From positions 49,538,001 through 49,602,000 of the forward strand of contig OX597832.1 of the NCBI GenBank assembly GCA_951406725.2: 64,000 nt of DNA. The letters are read 5' to 3'. The stretch is from Octopus vulgaris. Lineage: Eukaryota. Shown here piece after piece: positions 26,383 to 41,558 of this stretch. Under the pieces are notes generated by a model. The model was not told where the DNA came from and made no database searches. It saw only the letters and a program-made list of their open reading frames with translations. The number at the start of each line of letters is the position of its first letter. The stretch's first letter is position 1. The position numbers and the translations under genes are program-made.

Positions 26383-27185
26383 ATCACCCCATTTGATTTA
26401 TATGGATAATACCATAGAAAATTCTGGTGCCTTTAACTTAAGTACCATATTCATCTAAATCTAAATTTTGCTGAACTTATATATATATATATATATATAT
26501 GCATTCAAACATACATATGTGTGTATCTAATGCTATTCTTCATTTATTTTTTTCAATTGTTTCAGTCACTGGACAGCGACCCTACTGGAGTACCGCCATA
26601 AAGGGTGTAGTTGACTCGATGCCTATTTTTAAGTCTGGTGCTTATGATATCGGCTTCTTTGCCAAACCCCTAAAATTACGGGAACATGAACGACAGTTGT
26701 CAAGCCGCAGTAAGAGAAACACAAAGACAATGATATACACTCACACGACACAATGTACTTCTACGTTCATAATTTTCCGACATCTCCGCCTATGGCAGAA
26801 CGCACACCAACATGAGATATTTCCCTCCACAGTATTGGATCATAGGCTAGTGTATTCAGAACACACCAGACCCAGGCTACTGATGTGCTCTCCTGGTCGC
26901 CAGCAGTGTGTACAGAAGTGGTCTCCTCTAATCTGAATTTATGTTATTTCATTTACGTCATGTTAGTTTTATCCCCCACACATTTCCCTGTTGGCTTAGA
27001 ACATGCTGGAAGAGGGTATTGGTTATGGAGTTTTCCTTCTCGTAGGTTGATTGCTTTCATAGCAGCAAAGAAACTCAATCTACCCTTACAAAAGCCTATT
27101 TAACCCACTGGTGGGGCCCTAACAGGTACTGCGGTTCCATGTCAGGACAGACCTAAGAGTAATGGCAATTAAAGAGTGACTCCAC

Positions 27186-27372
27186 GCCCCTTGTGGGTAA
27201 TAAAGAAATAGGTATTTCGTCTGTTTTTACATTTTGAGTTCAAATTCCGCCGAGGTCGACTTTGCCTTTCATCTTTTCGGGGTCGATAAATTAAGTACCA
27301 GTTACGTACTGGGGTCGATCTAATCGACTGCCCCCCTCCCCGAAAACTTTGGGCCTTGTGCCTAGAGTAGAA
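27186..27372 (+). mobile_element. SINE family B fragment spanning the dimer junction
   Basis: gccccttgtgggtaataaagaaatag|gtatttcgtctg...gtcgactttgcctttcatc. More family B pieces lie at 22050-22195, 23915-24115, 28390-28850, 36470-36660, 39240-39455 and 57437-57850. Confidence 0.8.
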
Positions 27373-29479
27373 AATATCATATTTTTCCAAATGGTAAACT
27401 AATGTAACGTTGTACATAATATATGAACATAACTAAAATAATTTAACACCTCTTTCACTAGGGAGTTGAACACTTTGAAATGTTTGTTACTAACATTTAT
27501 TTACAAGGTAAATCTTTTAGTACAAGTCACTTGTGTATTTTTCAGCCTATTTCGTTTCGTCGGTCTTTACAAAAACGACGTCACCAACCCCCGTCTCGTT
27601 TCGTTATTTCCCACGAATTTTTCGACGACTCAAACGACTATAAACGAAGGACAGGTCTTTAATATTCCTATTCTTTTCTTCTCTAATGATTAGATTAGGC
27701 GTTCGAAACAATAATTAATGTTTGGAAGAATTTTAATTAGAATATTTATTTTATTTTCTATTAGTATAGAATTAGCCGCCCTCCCCCCCTCCAACCAGCT
27801 CCAGTATATTCAAATGTGTAATTACACACATGTGTGTGTACGTGTCTGTGTGTGTCTGTATGTATGTGTGTGTCTCTGTGTGTGTGTCTGTGTGTCTGTG
27901 TGTGTGTGTTTGTGTGCATGTGTGTGTGTTGCGCGTAATTATATGGGCGTACCGTATATACATTGTGTGTGAGAGTGCAGTAATAGATTTAAATATACGG
28001 GTGAACAACGCAATCTATACTAATAGATATTAAAATGAATATCTAATTAAAACTGTCCAGACATTAATTAATGCTTTCCTACGTCAAGTACTCATTAGCG
28101 GAGAAGAAAAGAATAGAGTGCACATATCTGGTATTACAGTAGATCAGTATCGTTTTTCTTTTGACCGACATAGCGAAACGAGCCTTCCCTCATGGCAAAT
28201 ATAGCAGATATTTGCTATGACTAACATTGTAGAGTGCTCAACTTCTCATTGAAGGAGCATTTAAATAATTTGATATTTCTTTCAAGAAAAGCACCAACAA
28301 ACCCTAAAAATCTTTTTACATTATCAGACACCGCTTACCAAAATACTTGGAATTATGATATCTTTTCTACGACAGGCACAGGGCCTGATTCAAATTCCGC
28401 CGAGGTCGACTTTTCTTTTCATCCTTTAAAGGGCGATAAATTAAGTACCAGTGACGCACTGGGGTCGACGTAATCGACTTAATCCGTTTGTCTGTCCTTG
28501 TTTGTCCCCTCTGTGTTTAGCCCCCTGTGGGTAGTAAAGAAATAGGCACAGGGCCTGAAATCTTGTGGGGTAGGGAGCAACTCGATTACATCGACCCCTG
28601 TGCATGACTGGTACTTATTTTATCAACCCCCGAAAGGATGAGAGGCAAAACCTACCTCGGCGGAATTTGAACTCAGAACATGGAGTGTCAGAAGAAATGC
28701 CGTTAAGCGTGGTAGTGATTGTGCCAGCTCGCTGCTTTACTTGGGATCATAATATCGATTTCAAATTTTGGCACAAGGCTAGCAATTTGGGGGCAGGGGT
28801 AATTCGATTATATCGACCCCAGTACTCAACTGGTACTCATTTTACTCGGGATTATAATATCAATATTATTATTCTACAAGTAAAACAGAACCTATTTTAA
28901 CTAGGCATGGCTGAGTGGTTAAAATCTTAGCTTTACAATTACATGGTATTGTTTCGGCCCCACTGGGCAACCCCTCAAAAAAAGTGCCATTTAACATAGC
29001 CTCTGGTGAATCAAAGAGTAACATTTCAAGGACAGAAACTATGTAAGATAGTTTTGAATTAACCGCCCCTGTTCTTGTAAGGGTAAACTTTATGTCACCC
29101 AGTTAAACCCCACCGCCTGGTCCTTAAGTATCTTTCAGAAGGTTCATTCAGTCGCGAACACTTAGCCTCGATCAGTAATCTGAGACCTAACTGAGAATAA
29201 TTCTCTTTCCATTCCAGCCAGCCTTGAAGGCCTTGGAAATGGTTATGTAGCTTCCCGCTTCCACTGATTGAGTAATTAAAATTATATAATTTATATGATT
29301 AAAATTTCAGCATTATTTATTTAACGCACTTGCATTCTAATCTGTGAAAGCCTGTTGTCAAGTGCTTAGGGTGTTCAGCTTATGTTCGTAACGTCTTGGT
29401 TTCAATTCCCATAACAAGGCACCTCATTTCACGTTGCGTCTGCTCAGCTAAAAAAGAGTACCAGCCGAATGCTAGTGCA

Positions 29480-29510
<31 letters not shown>

Positions 29511-29555
29511 CTCGTTGTCTATCTCTATCTCTCTCAATCTATTTCTCTCTATCTA

Positions 29556-29600
<45 letters not shown>

Positions 29601-29611
29601 ATCTATCTCTC

Positions 29612-29686
<75 letters not shown>

Positions 29687-29983
29687 ACTGTCACATCTTG
29701 GATGTTACCACTAGATCCAGGGACAGAAGAGACAAGAAGATATCTATGTTAACGCGTGATTACATAAGCACCTAAAACAATTAGCGAGAGCATGGTACAT
29801 GTTACGAAGCCATACACTTTCACAGATGCCGGCTGGTTCTTAATCAGCTTCGGGCAAGTTTTATTCTCATTCACAGATGAAGGCAAAGTAATTAAGGAAT
29901 GAGTGAGGATGTAATTCCTCACTACAATACATTCGAAGATTGAGTCCTCATTCATTTCTTAACTGCTTTTCATCACCTTGTGT

Positions 29984-30229
29984 GGAGGCGCGTGGCTTAG
30001 TGGTTAGGGTGTTGAACTCATTATCGTATGGTTGTGGTTTCGATTCCTGGACAGGGCGATGCGTTGTGTTCTAGAGCAAAACACTTCATTTTCACGTTGC
30101 TCCAGTCCACTCAGCTGGAAAAAATAATTAATCCTGCGATGGACCGGCGTCCTGTCCAGGTGGGGAATTTCTACGCCACTGAAACCGGGAAACCGGCCCT
30201 TATGAGCATGACATGGCTCGAGAAGGAAC
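29984..30229 (+). mobile_element. Full-length tRNA-headed SINE family C with 15-bp TSD
   Basis: GGAGGCGCGTGGCTTAGTGGTTAG...GGTTTCGATTCC tRNA-like head. The direct repeat ttttcatcaccttgt occurs at 29967-29981 and 30232-30246. Confidence 0.9.
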
Positions 30230-31264
30230 ATTTTTCATCACCTTGTACTTTAAGGTCAGATCACTTTTTATGGACCACATAACTTTGTGTTCACGTGATA
30301 CATTAAGACCATATCATTCTTGGTGGAACACAATACGTTTTGGTTATGCAATGGAAGGATTCGAAACTACTACTGCGAGCTTACGAAGCACTCGTCACTT
30401 AAACAATATCGCTACAGCGTATTACACAAGAGGAAATAATCAACCTTAGGGAAGATATTAATGCAATTTACATTCAGACGAGAGCTATAGCATCTTAAAA
30501 CTTTGACTACCATGGAAATCACCGGTGACTCCCCACGCTATATTCTTAACTTACTTTTATACTTATTTCTACATCCATAAACATTTTATACTTCCTTGAA
30601 CTTAGAAAACGTCTTAAAAAACATAATTGCAAATTCTTCAAATTCTTTAAAACATTTACACCCATGAATCTTTAAAGTTTTTCTGTCAGGGGTCATTTTT
30701 TGTAATGGTGTTGTGGAACTTTTTTAATCAATTACCCTAAATATATTATTCACGCCGACGTTGTTCCCTTGATTTGAAAGGGAAAAAAATCATACATTCT
30801 TTGAATTAAAAAGGTTGATTGAATCAATTTTATTGAATCTATTTATATGAATCTATTTACCTGTCCATTACATTGGACAGATGCAATCTTACCAGAAGAA
30901 AAATTTCTACCGTAACAAGAAACACGTTTTTCATGTAATTTTGCTTATGCCTAATGAGTCCTCATTACTCACAAGAATTTCATTTTTACCCCCACTTGGG
31001 CTAATTTACCCCGGTTCGCCGACCCCCTGCTTTAACCTATTACAGAATATCAAATCTCTTTGTACTCTACTACCTTTAGTGTATACTGTGCTGTTTCACC
31101 TCATTTTGGTTTCGTCCATTCCCTCCACTTTATTTTATCTTGTCCTCTTTTATTTCATTTTATTCTAAGCTTCTCATCTTCGACTCCACCTGTGCTATTA
31201 ACGTCGTTACCGGCTATCTTACCAGAATTTATATAAGGTAGTCGTAATTTGTACATAGAAAAAG

Positions 31265-31345
<81 letters not shown>

Positions 31346-31347
<2 letters not shown>

Positions 31348-31587
31348 TCTTTACTCTTTTACTTGTTTCAGTCATTTGACTGTGGCTATGCTGGAGCACC
31401 GCCTTTAATCGATCAAATCGACCCAGGACTTATTCTTTGGAAGCCTAGAACTTACTCTCTCGGTTTCTGTTGCTTGTCGAACCGCTAAATTACGGGAACG
31501 TAAACACACCAGCACCGGTTGTCAAGCGGTGGGGGTACGAATACAGACACAAAGACACGCACACACACATATATACATATATACATA

Positions 31588-31686
<99 letters not shown>

Positions 31687-31812
31687 GACGGCTTTCATTC
31701 AGTTTCCGTCTACCAAACTTAGTAAAAGACACTTGCCCAAAGTGCCACGCAGTGGACTGAACTCGAAACCGTGTTGTCAGGAAGCAAGCTCCTTACCACA
31801 CAGCCACGCCTG
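31346..31812 (-). mobile_element. SINE family A
   Basis: Same tail, body and head motifs as 24369-24862, with an expanded internal (TA)n. Confidence 0.85.
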
Positions 31813-32405
31813 TTAAATATTTTAGAATGCTTAATTTATAACACAGTTTATAACAAAAATTTGACCGATACTGTAAAAAGAAAATACGGCGCAAAATGGC
31901 TTTGGGAAGCAATGTGTTAATCCATGGAGAGAGATGTTACTCTTGGAAGCGGGACACTTACAGCCGAACCTTCATACGGTAATCCTGCTCTTTGTCGACA
32001 TATGACGACAATAATCTCAATTTAACATCGTTAAACCCCACTATAATTTGGCACCATCTTTAAATCTGCTAAACAATTAATGAACCGCAGAGCATTTAAG
32101 GCGCAATCCAAACCCTATAATGGCACACCGACACAACCCCATTGGCAGCCGGATAAGATTCTCAACAAACAAAAGGAGAGAAAGAAATCTGCCGACGACC
32201 ATTATTATGACGATTACGATGCCATGGCTGAATGGGGCGAAGGAAATGGACGCGAGTGAAAGTAATTAATTAATCAAATCTATTCATCAATTCACTTAGG
32301 CATGTCCTTGAGCTTTGCCGTCTACTGTTTGGTTCACATCAAAGTTATATGCGCACAAAGACACACACACTCACATACATGCACGTACGCACACACACCC
32401 CATGA

Positions 32406-32438
<33 letters not shown>

Positions 32439-32717
32439 CAACTGTTATACATATAGATACATATGTGTGTGTATGTTTGTCTTTATGTGCAACTGTTATA
32501 TATATGTGTGTGTGTGTATGTATGTGTATACATATATGTGTGTGTGTGTGTGGATATATAATACATGCATACATATATATATACATACATACGTACATAC
32601 ATACATACATACATACATACATACATACATACATACATACATGCATGTATACACATACGTACATACTGTCTACAAGAAAAGAGAGAGAGAGAAACGAAAG
32701 AAAGAAAGAAAGAAGGA

Positions 32718-32753
<36 letters not shown>

Positions 32754-32857
32754 AGGAAAGAAAGAAAGAAAGAAATAGACAAGCAAACGAACAAGCTTAA
32801 GAAAACAGAGAGAACTAATTTAATATTAAGCTATAATTAATTATAATCATGATACCT

Positions 32858-32927
<70 letters not shown>

Positions 32928-32934
32928 CAACAAA

Positions 32935-32968
<34 letters not shown>

Positions 32969-33067
32969 GTAACAACATTAATAATAATAAAAACAATAAT
33001 AATAATAACAATAATAATAATAATAATAATAATGACAATAATTATAATAATGATAATAATAATAATG

Positions 33068-33125
<58 letters not shown>

Positions 33126-33157
33126 CAATAATAATAATAATGATAATAATAATAATG

Positions 33158-33276
<119 letters not shown>

Positions 33277-34107
33277 AATCATGATGATGATGATGATGAT
33301 GACGACGACGATGACGATGATGATAATAATAATAATTGCACACGGGAAAACAGATAGGTAAATAGAGGCTATATTATCTGATCAGAGTTTCATCACATTT
33401 GCCAATTACGCTACGAGCTCTCAGCTGTTGTCAGATTTATTATTATATTGCTTTATAATTACCTGACATATTTTCCTCGTCTTTCCTTTCAATTATTGCC
33501 TACTAACAACCGGGTTTACTCGCAGGTACACCGGCCTTAAGACGTGCTCAGAGATGTACACATAAGCTGACACGCATACACGCATGGGCACAAAACACGC
33601 GCGCAAACACACATACACATACATACTCTTTTACTCTTTTACATGTTTCAGTCATTTGACTGTGGCTATGCTGGAACACCGCCTTTTTAGTCGAGCAAAT
33701 CGACCCCAGGACTTATTCTCCTCTGGAGAACGAAACAATTGTAATCATATCAGCAAAATAAATTTCAATTTTTTGTTACTCTACATTGCGTACTTAGCAA
33801 ACACAATAGCATGCATAATACAACATAATATAATATAATATAATATAATATAATATAATATAATATAATATAATATAATATAATATCATATAATAAATTA
33901 TATATAATTTAATATGAAATTGTATCTAGGCACAGGAGTGGCTGTGTGGTAAGTAGCTTGCTTACCAACCACATGGTTCCGGGTTCAGTCCAACTGCGTG
34001 CCTACTTGGGCATGTGTCTTCTACTATATACTCGGGCCGATCAAAGCCTTGTGAGTGGATTTGGTAGATGGAAACCGAAAGAAGCCCGTCATATATATAG
34101 GTATATG

Positions 34108-34221
<114 letters not shown>

Positions 34222-34227
34222 GGTATG

Positions 34228-34259
<32 letters not shown>

Positions 34260-34331
34260 AAAATATGTATGTATGTGTATGATATATACATATATACGAA
34301 AATATTATGCACACACACACACATATATACA

Positions 34332-34395
<64 letters not shown>

Positions 34396-34715
34396 TATTG
34401 TAATACACAAATAAGATAATTTATTTTCGAACGCGAGACGCTTTTAGAACAGCAGAAATGTTGGGTAAGTTACCCTTACAAAGCGGAAACTAGCCATGGC
34501 TGGTTGTTGACAAACGTTTCCGTTTGGTAAGGGTGTTTTACCCAATATGTCTGCTTTTCTATTGGCGTCATCGCGTTCGAAAATTAATTATCGTCTTATT
34601 TGTATGTTACACATTTAAGATAATAATATATACAATACACATTCCAACGCTTATAAAACAACAAATATTAGTTTATTTATATTTATATTTATACACACAC
34701 ATATATATATATATA

Positions 34716-35327
34716 TTCTTTTATTCTTTTACTTATTTCAGTCACTTGACTGCGGCCATGCTGGAACACCAACTCGACGAGTTTTAGTCAAAGAGATCAA
34801 CCCCAGGACTTATTTAAAAAGACTAGTACTCATTTTATCAGTTTCTTTTGCTGCACCGCTAAGTTACGGGGATGTAAACACACCGACACTGGTTTCCAAG
34901 CGGTGATGGTAGGACAAACACAGACACAAAGGGGCTAAACACAGAGGGGACAACCAAGGACAGACAAACGGATTAAGTCGATTACATCGACCCCAGTGCG
35001 TAACTGGTACTTAATTTATCGGCCCCGAAAGGATGAAAGACAAAGTGGATCTCGGCGGAATTTGAACTCAGAACGTAACTGCAGACGAAATACCTATTTC
35101 TTTATTACCCACAAGGGGCTAAACACAGAGGGGACAAACAAGGACAGGCATAGGTATTAAGTCATTTACATCGACCCCAGTGCGTAACTGGTACTTAATT
35201 TATCGGCCCCGAAAGGATGAAAGACAAAGTCGACCTCGGCGGAATTTGAACTAAGAACGTAACTGCAGACGAAATACCGCAAAGCATTTCGTCTGGCGTG
35301 CTAACGTTTCTGCCAGCTCGCCGCCTT
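34716..35327 (-). mobile_element. SINE family A tail fused to a family B tandem dimer (34925-35327)
   Basis: Two B cores joined at gacgaaatacctatttc (about 35092). Confidence 0.85.
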
Positions 35328-35507
35328 ATAAAGGATGATGATAATGAGGAAGATTACAGTATTGAGAAGAATGGCGACAAGAATTTTTTTTTAAATGTGG
35401 TAAGAAAAAATAGAAATAAGTCAAAATTGCAAAAAGGGGGGAAAAAATCGATCTCTGGACAAATGAGACTTTAGAAGGATTCAGATCTTTCTCAATGCTG
35501 GCGTCTG

Positions 35508-35579
<72 letters not shown>

Positions 35580-35698
35580 GAGAAATAAAAAAATATTAAA
35601 AACAAATACAAGATAAGCGAAATATATCTAGATATTCCAATTATATTTTCTGGATGTGTAGGGAAAATAACAATATATAAATATAAGAATGCAGATAT

Positions 35699-35846
<148 letters not shown>

Positions 35847-35854
35847 CACATATA

Positions 35855-35889
<35 letters not shown>

Positions 35890-35925
35890 ATTATGTATGT
35901 ATGTATGTGTATGTATGTATGTATG

Positions 35926-35957
<32 letters not shown>

Positions 35958-37674
35958 ATGTATAAATATAAAAATGTTAATATTAAAAGTCATTATCTCC
36001 ATGACTGATCTGAGTAGAAATAAACCATAGAAACGCAAAAGTGTATATTAATACAACTTCCAATGGCAAAACTGATTATATATGTAATAGTGGCTCAAAA
36101 TGTTTATTATATGTACAAGGTGTTCGGGATAAATTTCTCGACATTCTATTCTCCCTTTCTTTCTCTTTTTTCATGAATAGCGTGATGTATCAGTGAACAG
36201 TCGACGGTGTTGAAGAGCATAAAAATTAAAGATGTCGTTGAGAAAAAGTTAGCTAACACGAATATTGGTGCTGAACGCATGCGCCAGGTTCCGGAGCTGT
36301 CTTGAGGCTGTGGTGAGAGTTAAGGGCTGCTGCTTTGAGTAAACTGTTATCTCCCAACCATAATCTAGTTGGTGTTTGATTTCTTTAAATACTTTTATTT
36401 TTAAATGGAATGTTTTCTATTCCCTTTATGCAAAGTGCCAAATGTAGCCCATGTATTTAAGATTAAACAAAGGCGGCGAGCTGTCAACTCTGTTAGCCCG
36501 TTGGACAAAATGCTTAGCGGCTTTTCTGTCGGTTTTACGTTCTCAGTTCAAAATTCTGCCGAGACCGACTTTGTTTCTAACCCTTACGGAGTCGATTAAA
36601 TAATACGGAGTCCAATATACTGACCCCAGTTGAGCACTAGGGTCAAGGTAATCGACTAGTCCTCAGAATATTTAAGGTTCAACATGGAATAAAATATATT
36701 CGAGATTTTGGTTGCATGGCTAAAAAGCTTGCTTTGCAATTACATGGTTTCAAGTTCAGTCCAGCATGGCCACAGTCAAATGACTGAAACAAGTAAAAGA
36801 GTGTGTGTGTGTGTGTGTATACAAACACATGTGACGGGCTTCTGTCAGTTTCCGTCAACCAAATCTGCTCAGAAGAATTTGGTCCGCCCGGGCCTATGGT
36901 AAAAGACACTTAGCCAAGGTGCCGTGCAGTAGGACTGCACCCGAAATCACGTTGTTGGTAAGCAAACTTCTGACCGCAACAGCCACGCCTGTTGCCTAAA
37001 TGAGGAATTTATTCATGTAACCAAATGTTAAGTAGTGATATTGAGAACATAATGTTTTTAAATTTAAGAACCGGAGTCTTACAAATAAATAGAAAGTTCC
37101 TGTTATTTGCCGGTCGCCATTATTGCCAGAAGCTATTAAAACTGAATACCTAGAAAATTAGTCAAGAGACGAAACTCTTCTTTCGTTAATTGAACTACAA
37201 TTGAACTAACGAGCATCTATAAATAAAACATCGGCTGAAGAAATGGAGAAAATTTACACAATGGTTTCGTAAGTGGGGGGGGGAATAAAAATAAATGAAT
37301 TCTTAATATAAGCTAAAACTTAGAAACAAGTAGTATTATATCTTGGCTCACGAGAGACACTGTGTTTAGATTAGCTGCGTTTTGATCAAAAATACTCTAG
37401 GGTCATGTGATGTGGCTTTATTGATGTTAAATACTCGAGATGTTAAACAAATTTATCGACCAAAGACTCAGAGAATGGTTACTCATTCTTCCATTTCATA
37501 CGTCCAGTCATGGAGATAGCTCTACAAATACAAAACTGGGTGGATGTTTAATGATCGCTTTCTTTCAATCTCTCTCCCACTCACCCTCTCCCTTTCTCTC
37601 CCTTTCTCTCTCATTTTCTCTCATTCTCTCTCTCTCTCTATTTTTCTCTCGCTTTATCTCCATATATATATATA

Positions 37675-37834
37675 CGCAGGAGTGGCTGTGTGGTAAGCAG
37701 CTTGCTTACCAACCACATAGTTCCGGGTTCAGTCCCACTGCGTGAAACCTTGGGCAAGTGTCTTCTACCAAAGCCTCGGGCCGACCAATGCCTTGTGAGT
37801 GGATTTGGTAGACGGAAACTGAAAGAAGCCCGTC

Positions 37835-37892
<58 letters not shown>

Positions 37893-38123
37893 CTATGTTT
37901 GTCCCCCCCAACATCGCTGGCGTGTTTACGTCCCCGTAACTTAGCGGTTCGGCAGAAGAGCCCGATAGAATAAGTACTAAGTTTACAAAGAATAAGTCCT
38001 GGGGTTGATTTGTTCGACTAAAGGCGGTGCTCCAGAACACAACACGCAGCCCAGTTCAGGATTCGAACTCAGAACCTCACGATCGTCAGCTCGACGCTCT
38101 AACCACTGAGCCATGCGCCTACA
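37675..38123. mobile_element. SINE family A (plus, 37675-38035) abutting a minus-strand family C head (38036-38123)
   Basis: cgcaggagtggctgtgtggtaag...ggcggtgctccag, then gaacacaac...ggattcgaactc...aaccactgagccatgcgcc. Confidence 0.85.
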
Positions 38124-38587
38124 CATAGTATGTAGAGTATATAAAGAACGAAAAGCCAAAGCAAAAAAAGGAGAAAGAAAAAATGCACTTAGCACCAGAG
38201 CTGAAGGCACCTCCGAAATTGGGGGCCCCTCCACGTCGAAAACGGTAGAGGAGTAGGGGCCGAAACCGGACGTGGTTCTTCCTGATGATGTCTTTAGCTA
38301 CTGGATCCTCCCACAGCTTTCGATAACAGTATGTAGAGTAGTAAATGAGACAAGTATAACAGCATCTAAAATTAAGAAGATTATTAGCATCAACATGTAA
38401 TCAAGCGAACAATAATGTTTAGAGATCAACGTTAGCAACACGAAGACCAATTAGAATAAACATAAATGAATGTTAGCAACACAAATACCAAATAAGATTT
38501 AAACAATGCAGTAGCAAAAATTTACGAATGAGAACATGAGCCGTTGCAGCTGTGACAACACCAACAACATTACAACAATAGCAACAT

Positions 38588-38772
38588 GGCGAAATGGCCC
38601 AGTGGTTAGGGCAGCAGACTCACAGTCGTAAGAGCGCGGTTTCGATTCCCAGACCGGGCATTGTGAGTGTTTATTGAGCAAAAACACCTAAGCTTCCCGA
38701 GGCTCCGGTGGGGTGGTGGGGTGAACCCTACTGTACTCCTTCACCACAACTTTCTCTCACTCTTTCTTCCTG
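38588..38772 (+). mobile_element. Fourth tRNA-headed SINE type (family D) 5' part
   Basis: GGCGAAATGGCCCAGTGGTTAGGGC...GGTTTCGATTCCC tRNA-like boxes followed by a body distinct from family C. Confidence 0.65.
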
Positions 38773-39499
38773 CTTCTGCCACAAAGCAGAGGAACTATGC
38801 TGTAGCCCACTAAGGTTTTTTTTTTTTCTTTCAGACCCTAGTCTAGATTGTGAATCCTCTGTACCCCAGGATGGTTCAGCTCTCCACCCGTTAAAAAGCC
38901 ACCGTTTACGGAATGAGAATAACAACGTAGCTTTCGCGCCCGTGCAGCCGCCAGTCTATCGCGTGTGGCGAGTGGAACTTGAAGTTGCCACACGCGTTCT
39001 TAGTAGCTTAGAGTAGGCTCGAATTAGAGATTATTCTTTGTGGCTAATGGCGCGGGTCCTGATTGGAAGAAGAAGAAGAAGAAGAAGAAGAAGAAGAAGA
39101 AGAAGAAGAAGAAGAAGAAGAAGAAGAAGAAGAAGAAGAAGAAGAAGAAGAAGAAGAAGAAGAAGAAGAAGAAGAAGAAGACAACATCCATCAGCTTTGA
39201 CAGTAGTAATAACAATGCAATGATATACGAGTCGTTGTAAGGCGACGAGCTGGCAAATATAGTTAGCTCTCCGGATAAAATGCTTAACGGCATTTCGTCC
39301 GTCTTTTACGTTCTGAGTTCAAATGCCGTCAGGGTCGATTATGCCTATTATCCTTCCGGGGTCGATAAAATAACTACCAGTGGAATACTGGGGTCGATCT
39401 AATCAACAAACCATCTCCCCTGAAATTGCTGGCCTTGTGTCAAAATTTGAAATCAATAATATACAAGTTTTTTCCTATTATCATATTCAACAACATATT

Positions 39500-39898
39500 T
39501 GGGTCTCTGGGCGAATTGGGGAGACGAGAAGTGTGTGGGATCCAGTCGTAGGTAGGTAGGTAGGTAGGTAGGTAGGTAGGTAGGTAGGTAGGCAGACCAC
39601 GGCATGCCCAGTCCTCCTTTTAACGGGTGTTGATAGCAAATGGATCGCCTGACCATTGGGACGCATCCTTTCGACAAGAAGCGAAAGAGAATGCGTTCGT
39701 CCCCTCAACATTGCTTGACAACCGATGCTGGTGTGCTTACGTCCCCGTAACTTAGCGGTTCGGCAAAAGAGACCGAAAGAATAAGTACTGGGCTTACAAA
39801 GAATAAGTCCCGGGGTCGATTTGCTCGACTAAAGGCGGTGCTCCAGCATGGCCGCAGTCAAATGACTGAAACAAGTAAAAGAGTAAAAGAGTAAAGAG
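39500..39898 (+). mobile_element. SINE family A with (GTAG)n internal tract
   Basis: Well-conserved 3' half at 39708-39898 and a degenerate 5' part. Confidence 0.8.
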
Positions 39899-40534
39899 AA
39901 TATGAAGCATCGTAGATCCAGAGAGATTTGATATTCATAGAGAATTAGTACACGCGTTTCGTAGGATTTCTCTCGGCTTACCACCTCCTGTCAGAAATAA
40001 ATATAAGAAGAGCATCGTAGGTACAAGGCCGTGACTTTATAGGACATGAGTGTATTTTTAGAGTTGAATAAACCGTAGGAAGAGAGAGAAAAACGACACA
40101 GAGCAATGGCGGATAAACATATGGTTAATATTTCTGACATTAAAAATTTACCAAAAAACAAACAACAAAAAAAAAGCCCTATGCTGGTTAGAACAATGGG
40201 GTTTTAGTATGTTTTAATGCGGAGAATCCAGAACTAGGGTACCACCACTACCACCACCACCATAACCACTACCAACAACAACAACAACTACGACAACGAC
40301 GACGAACCCAAGGGAGGGGAGCTCGAGTGGAAGTAGGAACATCTTTCATTGGTAGTATGATGATGAGTGTGGAGGTTTTAGGGGGTTTTAGGGGTTTTTT
40401 TAAAATAATTTTTGTTAAGTGTGGTAATTGTTATTTTATGCATGCGTTATTCAGTGCCATTGTCTCAGATGGGTTATTTGCATTAGTTCATTAGCTTATC
40501 GTATTACCTCTATGTGCGTGTGTGTATGTGTGTA

Positions 40535-40593
<59 letters not shown>

Positions 40594-40621
40594 GTATATA
40601 TATATATAAATATATATATAG

Positions 40622-40652
<31 letters not shown>

Positions 40653-40833
40653 CATATATATATATACATATATATGTATATATATAAATGTATATATATA
40701 TACATATATATACATACATACATATACATATATATAAATACATATATGTATACATATATACATATATATATATGCATACACACACACGCAAACACACACA
40801 CACATATATATATACATACACATACATATACAA

Positions 40834-40872
<39 letters not shown>

Positions 40873-40898
40873 TGTGTGTATATATGAGTGTGGATATG

Positions 40899-40953
<55 letters not shown>

Positions 40954-41333
40954 CAGAAAGACATTATTGTTAACCTATTTTTACATTTTAAATTGTAAAA
41001 GATCAAATTATCGAGAAAAACATAACTACATCACCAAGGAAACAAAGAAAAAAAAGCAGGGTAAGTAAACAACGGAAGATGGTGGGGAGGGGATAAGGGG
41101 TTGTACACCCCAGACCAAATGCCCTTTTCAGCCGACTATCGCGGACATGATTGCAAAGGCGTTGCCACTGGGAATGACCAGCAATACTCGTTGCAACAGC
41201 CACCCCAGCTCGCGGGACTCATTCTCAGACGGGCCAGTTATCCCGATTTTGTTTTCAAGGAACCATAGTGGTCATTCGACGTGATAGAAATAGCGACCGA
41301 ATTTACCTCAACGCAACAGAAGTACGTGTGTGC

Positions 41334-41368
<35 letters not shown>

Positions 41369-41419
41369 TATGCATGTGTATCGATATATATAATATATAA
41401 ATATGTATATATATATATA

Positions 41420-41558
41420 CAGGAGTAAGCACATAAATGTGAAGCAAGGTGGAAAAAAGAGTACTCAAATACCAGAGATAGAGTAATATGCTTTATTTAA
41501 AAGCAGCAGAAATATAACAAAAGCTGTTACTCAGAGTTTCACGTTCCCGACAATAAAG

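Noticed and set aside
29984-30055. tRNA gene calls for SINE heads
   Set aside because: The A/B boxes continue directly into SINE bodies and there is no complete cloverleaf or terminator.
38258-38295. cgaaaccggacgtggttcttcctgatga as a permuted hammerhead
   Set aside because: Only about 4 nt lie between the putative cleavage site and CTGATGA, so stem I cannot form.
40372-40400. TTAGGG-like motifs as interstitial telomere
   Set aside because: Only two irregular copies are present.
41080-41270. GC-rich stretch as a possible LINE 5' UTR with an HDV-like ribozyme
   Set aside because: I could not build the nested double pseudoknot by eye, so the call is unsupported.
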